Shown here in pieces: positions 48,753 to 58,252 of a stretch of DNA of 59,676 nt. The stretch's first letter is position 1, and every line of letters starts with the position of its first letter. Source of the DNA: Methanomicrobiales archaeon (lineage in GTDB: Archaea; Halobacteriota; Methanomicrobia; Methanomicrobiales; Methanospirillaceae); NCBI GenBank assembly GCA_026394765.1, contig JAPKXQ010000082.1, positions 1 through 59,676 on the forward strand. The letters are read 5' to 3'. The notes under the pieces were generated by a model, which saw only the letters and a program-made list of their open reading frames with translations, made no database searches and was not told the DNA's origin. Made by a program: the position numbers and the translations under genes.

Positions 48753-49503
48753 GGGCCTCCCAGTGGGAGTCATCATCAGGGACGTGGTGCATGAAACTCA
48801 GTCAGTAAGGACTTTTATTTTGGACTGGAAGGTGCAGTTTGTTCCGGGCCAGTTCGTGATGGTCTGGGTTCCAGGGGTGGACGAGGTGCCCATGGCACTA
48901 ACAGGGGCGGGAACAATCACGGTCCAGCGGGTGGGAGATGCGACCGATGCACTCTTCGGCCTTGGTCCCGGGGACCTCATCGGGGTCAGAGGCCCGTTTG
49001 GAAACGGGTTCTCTACAGGTGCGCGGACCCTTGCGGTGGCAGGTGGAATTGGGGTCGCACCCCTACTTTCCCTCGCGCGGGGAGGGGGTGTCCAGGTCTT
49101 TCTCCTCGGCGCGCGTACGACTGATGAACTCCTTTTTGTTGAAGATCTCAGGCAGGTCACCAAGGTGGTCATCGCCACTGATGACGGCTCATCAGGTCAC
49201 CACGGTTATGTCGCTGAACTTATGGATACCCTCGATCTCACTTTATTCGATGGCATCTGCACCTGCGGACCTGAGCCAATGATGGCCGCCGTACTGACAA
49301 GGCTCTGCGCACATGGAATGGAAGGGCGGGGGCAGTTCAGCCTCCATCGGTATATGAAGTGCGGGGTCGGGGTCTGCGGGTCATGTGCGATCGACCCTTC
49401 AGGGATGAGAGTCTGCAGAGAGGGGCCGGTTTTTACCGGAGATCAGCTGATCGGCTCAGAGTTCGGGCAGTATCACCGAGACGCTGCAGGAGTGAGAATA
49501 TAG
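48745..49503 (+). CDS. pyrK: Dihydroorotate dehydrogenase electron-transfer subunit
   Basis: FAD/NAD-binding pattern (RTFILDW...FVMVWVPG...RGPFGNGF...GGIGVAP) and a C-terminal 2Fe-2S motif CGVGVCGSC. The ATG at 48745 overlaps the pyrD stop by 8 nt. Confidence 0.85.
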   Translation: MNEGLPVGVIIRDVVHETQSVRTFILDWKVQFVPGQFVMVWVPGVDEVPMALTGAGTITVQRVGDATDALFGLGPGDLIGVRGPFGNGFSTGARTLAVAGGIGVAPLLSLARGGGVQVFLLGARTTDELLFVEDLRQVTKVVIATDDGSSGHHGYVAELMDTLDLTLFDGICTCGPEPMMAAVLTRLCAHGMEGRGQFSLHRYMKCGVGVCGSCAIDPSGMRVCREGPVFTGDQLIGSEFGQYHRDAAGVRI

Positions 49504-49724
49504 GAATTCCATATGATGGCATGGCATACTACAATGTTCTATCCCCCGCGGTGGGAGGACGAAAGTGCCACCCTAATAAAAACTCATCTCTTCTCCGCGT
49601 TTTTCCTTTTAAGCCGCCAGATCAATTAGAAAGTTATTAATAAGACCACAAAGGATTTTAGTTTGAACCAACACAGTTCGCGTTTATGAGTTGTTGGTAG
49701 CTATCAGAAGAGAGGTGTGTGAAA

Positions 49725-50624
49725 ATGGTATTCCATCCCCCGGTACAAATTGTCGCAAAATGCGGCGATGCTGGGAAATACAAGACTGGGCTCCCCTGGT
49801 GGAACATGATCCTTCGTGGGTTCATGTCAGGGGCGTATATAGCCATGGGTGGCGCACTCGCTACCGTTTGTAGTACAGGCGTCGCAGCAGCTGGCGGTGT
49901 AGGCGCTGCAAGCGCTGGTTTTGGTGCACTCATCACGGGTGCGGTCTTCCCTGTTGGGCTTATTATCACCGTCCTTACCGGTGCAGAGCTCTTCACTGGT
50001 GACGCAATGCTCGCCCCGATGGCTGCATTTATTCACAGGATCACCTGGGGATCAGTCCTCAATCTCTGGGTATGGGTCTATGTCGGGAACCTTATCGGGT
50101 CTATCGTCTATGCCTACATCATGGCGTACGGGCCATTCAGTGCATGGGATGCTGCAGGCGCCGGTACAGTGACGGCATTTGGAACGCGAGCGATCGCTAT
50201 AGCTGCCTTTAAAGTCCAGTATGTTGGCATGATGGGCATGTGGTCGGCGTTCCTCAAAGCGATTGGGTGCAACTGGCTCGTTAACCTTGCAATCCTCCTC
50301 GGGATATGCGCAGACGACCTGATTGGTAAGTTCTTCGGGATCTGGTTCCCGATCATGGCCTTCGTCTCCACCGGATTCGAACACTCTATAGCAAACATGT
50401 ACTTCATCGGAGCTGGTATCTTCACCGATGGCATCCTTGCAAATAAGACGGCTGGTGCTGCAATTGCCGGAATTTCGAAGGTGGGATATACTAATCTCAA
50501 CTGGGTCGGGTTCTGGGCAAACAACATGATCATCGTCACTATAGGTAACATCGTAGGTGGCATGGTCTTTGTTGGTGTCATCTACTGGGTAGCGTTCAGG
50601 AAGGAGATCGCCGCTCTCAAGTAA
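49725..50624 (+). CDS. fdhC: Formate/nitrite transporter family protein (probable formate transporter FdhC)
   Basis: FNT pattern with six TM segments, ...GAELFTGD... and ...GFEHSIANM.... The ATG at 49725 has AGAGGTG 7 nt upstream. Confidence 0.8.
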   Translation: MVFHPPVQIVAKCGDAGKYKTGLPWWNMILRGFMSGAYIAMGGALATVCSTGVAAAGGVGAASAGFGALITGAVFPVGLIITVLTGAELFTGDAMLAPMAAFIHRITWGSVLNLWVWVYVGNLIGSIVYAYIMAYGPFSAWDAAGAGTVTAFGTRAIAIAAFKVQYVGMMGMWSAFLKAIGCNWLVNLAILLGICADDLIGKFFGIWFPIMAFVSTGFEHSIANMYFIGAGIFTDGILANKTAGAAIAGISKVGYTNLNWVGFWANNMIIVTIGNIVGGMVFVGVIYWVAFRKEIAALK

Positions 50625-50633
50625 GACGGTCTG

Positions 50634-51152
50634 ATGAAGATCGGCAGTATCAATGCAAAGGTCTCGGTCCTCGCGATCGGGGTCTTTGTATTCTTTCTCA
50701 TTCTTTTGGTGATCACCTATGTAATCACCAGGAACTTGCAGATCCTTGCATGGGGCATCCCCACGCTTGCGTTTCTTCTAATCTTCCCACTCGGGCTCAA
50801 CTACCTGAGTCAGAGCCAGTACGCATCGATGATCCCCCAGTACGAGAGAGAAGCTCGCCCAGTGAGGATCCGCGCAATTGGACTCCATATGCTCAGCGAG
50901 CCCGTTCGGTTCGAAGGAGTTGTTGAACGTGTGTACTTCCAGTTCATAAACCGCCCACAGTTCTTAATCGCTGACAAGAGCGGGGAGATCTCGGTGAAGA
51001 TGTTCACGAGCACCCAGGAGGAGATCAAAAAGGGCGATGTCGTGGAGGTGCTCGGCATGGTGATGAAACGCTATATCGTTAGCGGGGACGCAATCATCAA
51101 CTGTGTCTCTATTAGGAAGATCAAGAAGAGTGAGTCTTCAGGGCAGAAATGA
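50634..51152 (+). CDS. Membrane-anchored OB-fold protein (hypothetical)
   Basis: Two N-terminal TM helices, then VRFEGVVERVYFQFINRPQFLIADKSGEISVKMF...KKGDVVEVLGMV, which looks like an OB-fold. It starts 9 nt after fdhC. Confidence 0.5.
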   Translation: MKIGSINAKVSVLAIGVFVFFLILLVITYVITRNLQILAWGIPTLAFLLIFPLGLNYLSQSQYASMIPQYEREARPVRIRAIGLHMLSEPVRFEGVVERVYFQFINRPQFLIADKSGEISVKMFTSTQEEIKKGDVVEVLGMVMKRYIVSGDAIINCVSIRKIKKSESSGQK

Positions 51153-51200
51153 GGGATACGTCGCATTCGTGCGAAGGGCCCTCAAAGGCCAGCCCTTTTA

Positions 51201-52826
51201 TTAATTAAAGCCCCTCATCAGACCCTCGCGGGCAGGGTCCCGGACCGTTCGGTTCTCATGCGCAAGGAAGTCCTCGTAGAGGTGTATCCTTGTACTCACT
51301 GGAAATGGGATCCCGATCGTGCTTACCAGGGCGTCCCCACGGTCCAGGGTCTGGATCTCTGTGTCCATCCGCGAGAGGTCGTGCTTTGCGCTCGCTGCGA
51401 TCATCTCCCTGTCCCCCTTATCAGAGAGGCCCATCACCACGAAGGTGTTGAGCTGGGCAAGCACTCTCGGGTCGATGTTCTTGGGTTGCTGGGTGATGAC
51501 ACAGAGGCCGACACCAAACTTCCGCCCTTCCATGGCACACTCCCGAAAGACCTGGGTTGAGGACCCAAAAGATCCAAGGACGCGTTGTGCCTCCTCAATT
51601 GCAATGAGGACCTGGGGGAGGGCCCCGTCCCCCCCTGCTGCGAAGGCCTCCTGGGCAAGTTCCTGGTGATGGGCCATGATGGTGCGGGTGAGAATTGAGA
51701 GGACGAAGAGCTCGGCTCTTTCGCTCATCATCGGGATGTCTACCAAAACGACCCGGTTCTCCTTGAGATGTCGCTGGATCTCGGACAGGGCTGAACCAGA
51801 CTGGCGAAAGAAGGTGGAAGCGTACTTTTTCAGGTTCTCTATGCGGCGCTTTAAGACCCGGAGAGGACCGGGCATCGAGGTCCGGACCCGGTGCGCAATC
51901 TCCCGGTTCTTCCCGGTCATGTGTCGGTAAGACTCGCTGGTGAAGACTTCAGGGTCTAGGTCTTGGAAGAACTGGACAACCTCACTCCCAGGGATCTCAT
52001 CGAGGGCCTCTATAACCTCACGCTGCGGAGCAGAGAGATCATAGAGGGCTGATAAGTCACTCATCCTGAAGTCATCATAAGAGAACCAGAGGCGGTTGAT
52101 GCTGTACTGTCGTCTCTGATCCTCTCCGCGACTCGTAAACACCGAGAGGCCTCCGGTCCGGGAGGTGAAGTGTGAGAGCCCAAGAGTCTTTTTTCCCACA
52201 ATGGACTTCCCTCCTCCCTCCAGATACTCTCCATGGGGGTCGACGATTAGGAGCCCGAACTTGCGCTCTTTCATACATGACGCACAAAAGACCTTCATGA
52301 AGTTGCTCTTGCCCATCCCGGTCGTCGCAAAGACCCCCATGTGCTGAGGGAGGACTTGACTGGGGATTTTGACCAGGACTTCCCGTATGACCTCCTGGCC
52401 TGACTTCATCATTCCTACCTCTATATCACCCATGAGTGAGGAGAAGAGGAGGAAGTCCTCGTGGTCCGGGGGAGTGACTTGGGAGAACTTTACAGGGAGT
52501 GTCCTGGGCTTTTGGAACCTGCCATCCTTTCCCACGATCCCCAGGGGAACTGCCTCGACCCCCAGGTAGACGTCCTCGTCGAGCCCGTAGAACTGTGTTG
52601 TATAGGGGCGCGTATCCCAACTCGGGTCTGCGAAGTTGGACTCATGGGTGAGGTCTGTGACCTTGGCATAGAACCTGAGTTCCTTTACCGGGTCTTTTAC
52701 TGTTACGACCTCTCCGACATAGATCTCCTGGTAGTGGGGTACGATGAACCGGTAAGTGAGGACGTTATGCCCGATCAACCGAAACTTTGCGCTGTCCTGC
52801 ACTTTAGTAGCATCCAAATGTATCAT
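51201..52826 (-). CDS. herA: HerA-type hexameric DNA translocase/helicase (DUF87 ATPase)
   Basis: Walker A GVFATTGMGKSNF, Walker B VLIAIEEAQ, and an N-terminal HAS-barrel-like region. It is the last gene of the mre11-rad50-nurA-herA cluster. An alternative in-frame ATG is at 52880. Confidence 0.8.
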   Translation of the reverse strand: MIHLDATKVQDSAKFRLIGHNVLTYRFIVPHYQEIYVGEVVTVKDPVKELRFYAKVTDLTHESNFADPSWDTRPYTTQFYGLDEDVYLGVEAVPLGIVGKDGRFQKPRTLPVKFSQVTPPDHEDFLLFSSLMGDIEVGMMKSGQEVIREVLVKIPSQVLPQHMGVFATTGMGKSNFMKVFCASCMKERKFGLLIVDPHGEYLEGGGKSIVGKKTLGLSHFTSRTGGLSVFTSRGEDQRRQYSINRLWFSYDDFRMSDLSALYDLSAPQREVIEALDEIPGSEVVQFFQDLDPEVFTSESYRHMTGKNREIAHRVRTSMPGPLRVLKRRIENLKKYASTFFRQSGSALSEIQRHLKENRVVLVDIPMMSERAELFVLSILTRTIMAHHQELAQEAFAAGGDGALPQVLIAIEEAQRVLGSFGSSTQVFRECAMEGRKFGVGLCVITQQPKNIDPRVLAQLNTFVVMGLSDKGDREMIAASAKHDLSRMDTEIQTLDRGDALVSTIGIPFPVSTRIHLYEDFLAHENRTVRDPAREGLMRGFN

Positions 52827-53633
52827 GATAATCTCCAAAAAGGCTGTCCCAGGATTGTTTTCCCCCGCAGGTCTCGGCATACCCCTGGTATAGCAAACTT
52901 TTCAGCCGGGTCAGGTCACTTCCTTTCAAAGTGACCGCACGATGGACATCAAAGAGGGGGTAGGGGTAGCCGGGGATCCGTCCATCATCTGCACATCCAG
53001 CCAAAAAACCCATCACATGGTCCAATCTTTCAGGGTCAGCACCTTCCTGAACTTCGATACTTGCGCTGAAGCGGCCCCAGTGATCTCCTGATAGAGGGCA
53101 TCGAGGGGTGGAGTTGCACCCCGGCATGAGCCGTCGAAGAGGAGGCAGTCTCCGGGCATCAACCTCCCTGCAACTTCCCTTGCCACAAAGAGCTCGAGGA
53201 TCTCGCGCATCGAGGTAATGGCACGTGCAGGGTCATCGAATGAGGGGACAAAGCCCGGTGCACCTCCAAAGCACTCCTGGTAGAGGGCTTCGAACTCAGC
53301 CCTCCCAGAGTCTGACCCTGGTGCAGCGCACCAGACCGGGGTGAGCGCCCGCTCTACGACCGACCCGTCCTGGAACCTGCTCATGCCGGCCCTCATCGCT
53401 GCAATGGTGAGCCATCCACCCTCAGCGAGGAGGGCGTTGCTCCCATCGATGGCATAAAGCGTCCCCTCCCTCACAGGAGCTATTCCAACAAAGTCCTCTC
53501 TTACCAGCCTGCTCTGCAGGGCAAAGGCTGGTGCAGGGTCAGGCTGGACAAGGGTCTGGATCCTGGTAAGCACCCGTTCCACCGCAGACCTCCCAGATAT
53601 TCCTGCCATCTCACCCGGCCTCCACAATCTCAC
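52804..53633 (-). pseudogene. nurA: NurA nuclease gene split between two reading frames (frameshifted, or an assembly error)
   Basis: ORF 53633/53609..53013 carries LYAIDGS and CLLFDGS. ORF 53127..52804, in a different frame, carries IPGYPYPLFDVHRAV. Together these are the conserved NurA Asp/Asp/His motifs. Both frames are open across 53016-53127. Confidence 0.6.
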
Positions 53634-56600
53634 TCGTCATATCATTGCGCATCCTGACCAGGAGTGTGTTCTCAAACTCTCCCTGGATCTCAGCGATATG
53701 CGATATCAGTATGATCTGCGGAAAGTAGGACTCCTGTGTCCTGAGTGCTGCAATGAGTCCTGCCCTTCGCTCTTCGTCCTGGCTGCCGAAGATCTCGTCA
53801 AAGATTAAGAACGTGCTCTCCTGCAGACCGTGGAGCCGTCCGAGATACCGGGAGAGCGCGATCCTTACTGCGACTGCAATGTCGTCCTGTTCTCCACCAC
53901 TGAAGCGCTCGATAGGGTAATCACCGCCGATATCACGGACAAAGATGTTGAAGTCACCGTCGATCAGGACCTGTTCGTACCGCCCGCCAGTAATCTCCCC
54001 CAGAACCTTTCCTGCCTCGTGCTCGAGGCCACTCCTGACCTTTCCTATCAGGTAGGTGACATAATTACCAATCAGTGAGCGTGTGAGAGTGATGAGCCGT
54101 GCCTCGTCCTCACAGGCACGGATCTGTTGTTCACATTGAGCAGCACGCAGAGCCCTCTCTTCGGCACTGCGGAGGTCCTCTGCGAGGTGGGCGAGGGTGG
54201 ACTCGATCCTTCCCCGTTCCTGACGCAGGTGCTGCTGAAATAAGTTTATCTCTGAGGCTCTCTCTCCAATCCTTGAGAGCGCAGTCGGATCATGGGGGTG
54301 TGCAGCAAGCACATCTTCTGTTGCCTGGAGTTCACGCTTCTTATCTGCGATAGCAGCCGTGAGCTCCTGATACCGTGCCTGGAGCCGTGGGAGTGCGTCG
54401 CGCAGCTCAACTTCGACAAGGAAACGGGTATGATCAGCCTGGGCCCTCACCCACTTTGCCTCTAATGCTGCATAGTCAGAATCGCGATATCCCAATGTGG
54501 AGACCTGAAGTGTGAGATCACGCTGTTCATGGCCGAGGTCTGCAAAGTCCCTGGTAAGTGTTCCCTCCTCCTGAGTAAGGGCGGGAATGGCGGTGATATG
54601 GGCGCTCAAGGTGAGGCACTCCTCGTAGGCACGCTGACATTCACTCATGCGGACCTTTGTTCTGCTCAGTGCATCGCAGTCATAGGCATAGGTCTCTACC
54701 CGCCGTGCGGCGTCATTGCGGCTTTTATACAGTTCCTCGAGATGCGCAAGGAGCCGGTCATGCTGCGCTCTGATCGCAACTGCCTGGGTAGTCTCACCCC
54801 GCAACTGAGCCGCCCGCGTCACCACCCGTTCAAGTTCCAGGACGCGGGCCTTTACCTCTGCATGCGCACCCGGGTCATAATCTTCAAGGCCCAGGTCCCG
54901 TATCATGACAGCCTCCTTTCGGGCATGCTCTCTGGCCTCTGCAACTGCCAGGAAGTGCGTCTCTGCTTCACGGGACAGTGCCGCGATCTCCTCGCGCAGG
55001 CGAGCGTGTTCAGTGCACTGCGTCTGAAGGTCCATCATCCGGGGAGAGAGTTGGGCCAGGGCTTTCAGAGCGGCATCTTTGCGCGAGGCCGCAGCAGACA
55101 AGCGTTGATTGAGTGCACCTTCATCGGCACGGTACTCGCCCATGAGGTCATGAAAATGGTCACCAAGGGTCTGATGGCAGAGAGGACAGGTGCCACCCTC
55201 ACCTGCCGCCAAGATCTCCTCCTGTCGTACATTCAGTTTTGCCAGTGCTTCGCGTACCTCTTCAATCTCGCGTGTTGCAAGGGCTACCGTGTTCTCATGC
55301 TGCCCGGTCTCAGCTTCAAGGACAAGGAGCGTGGATGCAGCCTTTCCAAGGTGTAGTTCCCGCTCTGTTTGTACGCGCCGCTTCTCAATGGCCATACGGT
55401 ATTTTACCTCTGTCTTAACGGCCACTTCTTCCCAGCGGACTCTTGTGCGGGCATGCTCAGCTGCACGAGCATTGCGGCGTTCATCTTCACGGGCGAGTAT
55501 AAGTCGCTCTTCTCCACCCGCAATAGATGCGAGTTCAATATCAACCTCGCGGAGGTGTGCGAGAGAGTCCCTAATAAGGGCTGCCTCACGTTCTGAGGCG
55601 ACCGTCTCGTCCCCATATCTTTTGAGGTCTGCCTGGGCACTGATGTACTCCTGTTCCTGTTCCAGGAGCGCCGCTAGCTGGGAAGTGACCTCTTTGAGGT
55701 CTGTCACGAGTGGCTGGATAACGGATAATCGGGCCTCATCAGCCCGGAGGGCCTGCAGCTTAGACTGTACTCCGCGAAGTTGGTGCTCCCGCTCTCCAGT
55801 CTTTGTCGTTACCAGCGCGAGTGCATGACTGATAGACTGGTGCATGGCCTTTTTCTGCTCCATTGCCTCGCGTTCTGCCACAACACCCGGATATTCCTGT
55901 TCAGCGGCAGAAAGTCGTGCAAATTCCTTATCGCCCTCATGTATACGTGAAATCTCTGCGCTAACATCCCGTACACCCTGGAGACACATCGAGAGCCAGG
56001 ACCTTGCAGTATCTGCAGTTCTGCGCAGATCCTGGAAATGGCGTGCAGTCTCTTCCAACCGTTCCCGCTCCTCTGCGAGTGCACGCAGGTGGTCCTCGCT
56101 GCTTGAGAGGGAGGCCAGGACTGCTTCAAGTTCACCAATGGCATTCTCCCTGGCTTTAAGGGTGCATGCGATACCGGCCCTGATCCCTTCAGGGTCCAGG
56201 CCGGAGAGAAGGCCTAATAGATTTACATGCTCGGACTCGGTCTTTGAGAGTGAGTTTTTGAGGGCATCTAGGACATGGACCCTGATACTCTCGATCCTGA
56301 GAACCTTTGAGAACCACTCTTTCCGTTCCGCAGGCTTTGCAGTGGTGAGGGCAGCGAGGTCCTTCTGGCCGGCATACATGGTGTAGCGCATGTCCTGTGG
56401 GTTCATTCCGGTTATCCGGATGACCTCACGATAAACCGCACTAACGCTCGTTGCGAGCTGACGGCCGTCCATATACAGGTCTGCGTCATGGAGGGTCCCA
56501 GCTCCCTGCCGCATCGTCCTCAGTATCCGGTAACGGTGTCCACAGGTATGAAAATCAAGGGATACCTCGCACCCTTCCCGGCCCTGTGCCTCTGCAGCGA

Positions 56601-56781
56601 TGATGAACTCCTTTTTAATACCGGTACCCTGGACACCATAGAACGCAAAGAGGACTGCTTCAACAATGCTGCTCTTCCCGGCGCCGTTGCTCCCGACTAT
56701 TCCTGTGATGCCGTCCAAAAACCTGATCTCAGCGGTGCGGTACCGCTTGAAGTTCTTAAGATAGAGCCTTTCAAGGAGCAT
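53611..56781 (-). CDS. rad50: DNA double-strand break repair ATPase Rad50
   Basis: MLLERLYLKNFKRY...GIVGSNGAGKSS (Walker A), a long coiled coil with a central zinc hook CPLCHQ, C-terminal signature FSGGEQ, and Walker B FLIFDE. The ATG at 56781 overlaps the mre11 stop by 11 nt. Confidence 0.9.
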   Translation of the reverse strand: MLLERLYLKNFKRYRTAEIRFLDGITGIVGSNGAGKSSIVEAVLFAFYGVQGTGIKKEFIIAAEAQGREGCEVSLDFHTCGHRYRILRTMRQGAGTLHDADLYMDGRQLATSVSAVYREVIRITGMNPQDMRYTMYAGQKDLAALTTAKPAERKEWFSKVLRIESIRVHVLDALKNSLSKTESEHVNLLGLLSGLDPEGIRAGIACTLKARENAIGELEAVLASLSSSEDHLRALAEERERLEETARHFQDLRRTADTARSWLSMCLQGVRDVSAEISRIHEGDKEFARLSAAEQEYPGVVAEREAMEQKKAMHQSISHALALVTTKTGEREHQLRGVQSKLQALRADEARLSVIQPLVTDLKEVTSQLAALLEQEQEYISAQADLKRYGDETVASEREAALIRDSLAHLREVDIELASIAGGEERLILAREDERRNARAAEHARTRVRWEEVAVKTEVKYRMAIEKRRVQTERELHLGKAASTLLVLEAETGQHENTVALATREIEEVREALAKLNVRQEEILAAGEGGTCPLCHQTLGDHFHDLMGEYRADEGALNQRLSAAASRKDAALKALAQLSPRMMDLQTQCTEHARLREEIAALSREAETHFLAVAEAREHARKEAVMIRDLGLEDYDPGAHAEVKARVLELERVVTRAAQLRGETTQAVAIRAQHDRLLAHLEELYKSRNDAARRVETYAYDCDALSRTKVRMSECQRAYEECLTLSAHITAIPALTQEEGTLTRDFADLGHEQRDLTLQVSTLGYRDSDYAALEAKWVRAQADHTRFLVEVELRDALPRLQARYQELTAAIADKKRELQATEDVLAAHPHDPTALSRIGERASEINLFQQHLRQERGRIESTLAHLAEDLRSAEERALRAAQCEQQIRACEDEARLITLTRSLIGNYVTYLIGKVRSGLEHEAGKVLGEITGGRYEQVLIDGDFNIFVRDIGGDYPIERFSGGEQDDIAVAVRIALSRYLGRLHGLQESTFLIFDEIFGSQDEERRAGLIAALRTQESYFPQIILISHIAEIQGEFENTLLVRMRNDMTSEIVEAG

Positions 56782-57922
56782 CAGGTATTCCCTCGTCGCG
56801 CTGCTGAAGGGCACGAGTGATAGCGTCTCTCCCCCGCGTGATCACCGCCGCCTCATCTGCGGGTTTTAGGTTGCTACGCTGCACAAACGCGGCAAACTCC
56901 TCCACATAATCGATTCCAATAAGGTCATCCCTCTCAGCCATGACCGGTTCATCTCCCGGAGTGAGGAACCGTACCGAGAGGTCGAGGAGGCCCTCACGTA
57001 GTGGTGCGAGGTCACGTGGCCTGATCTGCTTCACCCGCTCCCCATCAAGCCCTGCGATCCTGACCCTGACCATCGCTCCCTGGGGGATGGCATGCGTGGC
57101 AAGGGCATCTGCAAGCCTCGCAGAGAAGTCCCGTGGATGGGTCCCTGCACAGTCAAGGACACCCAGGTCCATCATCGGGGTATGGGGCAGTGGCAGGTGG
57201 GTGATCTCACCTCGGGAGAGATCGATTCCCAGACCACCTTTCAGATCTCTCACCTCCCCATAGGTGAGGTACTCGAGAGAACCGCTGTACCATGCATTGG
57301 CAGCCACCTCGACCTGGCCGTGGTAATGACCCAGTGCGATGTAGTCAAAAGCATCAGAGAGGATGGTCGCATCGATCTCAAGCTCTGCGACGGTCCTGAG
57401 CCGCTTGTCACGCAGAGTGCTCGCAAGCCCGTGAGAGACGAGGACATTGTGAAAGCCGCCATCGCAGGCGATTTTGTCAAATGCATGCCGGTAATCCGCA
57501 GGGGCGAGCATGTTGGGGATGAGGTGAAAGAGCGTATCTCCGATCTCAACGCGCTCATACCGGTAGGAATAGGCGGCATGGACCGTGGCGTGGTGATAGA
57601 GAAGGACCGTGAAGGGCGAACGGGTGTACCGCGTCTTTGGCATGCTATGGTTACCAGATATCAACACCAGGGGTATACCCGCTTCATCCAGCCGGGTGAG
57701 AGCATCGAGGACTGTGGTAAGTGCCGCGGTCTTGGGCTTCACCTGGTCAAAGAGGTCCCCGGCATGGATGATCACATCGGGTTTTTCCCGCACTATCGCT
57801 TCAACTGCGGCAAGGAAGTTGGAGTAGATGAGAGTCTCTCTCATGTTCATTCCCGTAGCAGGGTCAATAGCTGCCAGCTGTGACAGGCCGAGATGTGTGT
57901 CGGCGAAATGGGCGATCTTCAT
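56771..57922 (-). CDS. mre11: DNA double-strand break repair nuclease Mre11
   Basis: MKIAHFADTHLG, HAGDLFD, SGNHS, LVSHG and ALGHYH phosphoesterase motifs. The ATG at 57922 is preferred. The ORF track extends to 58159, but that extension has no Mre11-like sequence. Confidence 0.9.
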   Translation of the reverse strand: MKIAHFADTHLGLSQLAAIDPATGMNMRETLIYSNFLAAVEAIVREKPDVIIHAGDLFDQVKPKTAALTTVLDALTRLDEAGIPLVLISGNHSMPKTRYTRSPFTVLLYHHATVHAAYSYRYERVEIGDTLFHLIPNMLAPADYRHAFDKIACDGGFHNVLVSHGLASTLRDKRLRTVAELEIDATILSDAFDYIALGHYHGQVEVAANAWYSGSLEYLTYGEVRDLKGGLGIDLSRGEITHLPLPHTPMMDLGVLDCAGTHPRDFSARLADALATHAIPQGAMVRVRIAGLDGERVKQIRPRDLAPLREGLLDLSVRFLTPGDEPVMAERDDLIGIDYVEEFAAFVQRSNLKPADEAAVITRGRDAITRALQQRDEGIPDAP

Positions 57923-58069
57923 CAGTACAAGAGACTGAACTCCCAGCTCTTTTAAGGACGAGCCGTGCGGTGTGAAACTGTCGGGCAGGTCACGGGTGAG
58001 AGGTGAAGGTGACCGGTCCCCATGCGTCCTCAAATAGTTAGGGGGACGAGATAACCTTGGTGATCCCAT

Positions 58070-58252
58070 TTGTCGAGACGAGCTGTCGAGTCGGTATTTG
58101 ATGCGCTCTTCACTCTCACCGAGATCCGTGCCCTCTTGAGGACTACCGCCCCCGAACACCGGTTCATCCCACCGGAACGGGAACGCGCCGAGTCTCTCAT
58201 CCGGGACCTCGAAGATCAGGTGGCAAGCATCAGAAAGGAGCTCCTCACATGA
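58070..58252 (+). CDS. Small helical protein translationally coupled to SepCysS (candidate SepCysSn / truncated SepCysE-like)
   Basis: A TTG start at 58070 is preceded by GGTGAT (Shine-Dalgarno-like) with a 6-nt spacer. 60 codons with GC-rich third positions. Predicted helical sequence ...RAESLIRDLEDQVASIRKELLT. The stop TGA overlaps the SepCysS ATG (ATGA). Confidence 0.45.
   Translation: MSRRAVESVFDALFTLTEIRALLRTTAPEHRFIPPERERAESLIRDLEDQVASIRKELLT

Noticed and set aside
54529-57883. Plus-strand ORFs of 180-275 aa opposite rad50 and mre11 (54529-55356, 55190-55828, 55844-56386, 57092-57883)
   Set aside because: They are antisense shadows of the coiled-coil and nuclease genes, with no recognisable domains.
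57923-58159. N-terminal extension of 79 aa on the mre11 ORF
   Set aside because: Mre11 proteins begin at the MKIAHFADTHLG motif. The extension is Ser/Pro/Arg-rich and partly antisense to the candidate SepCysSn-like ORF.
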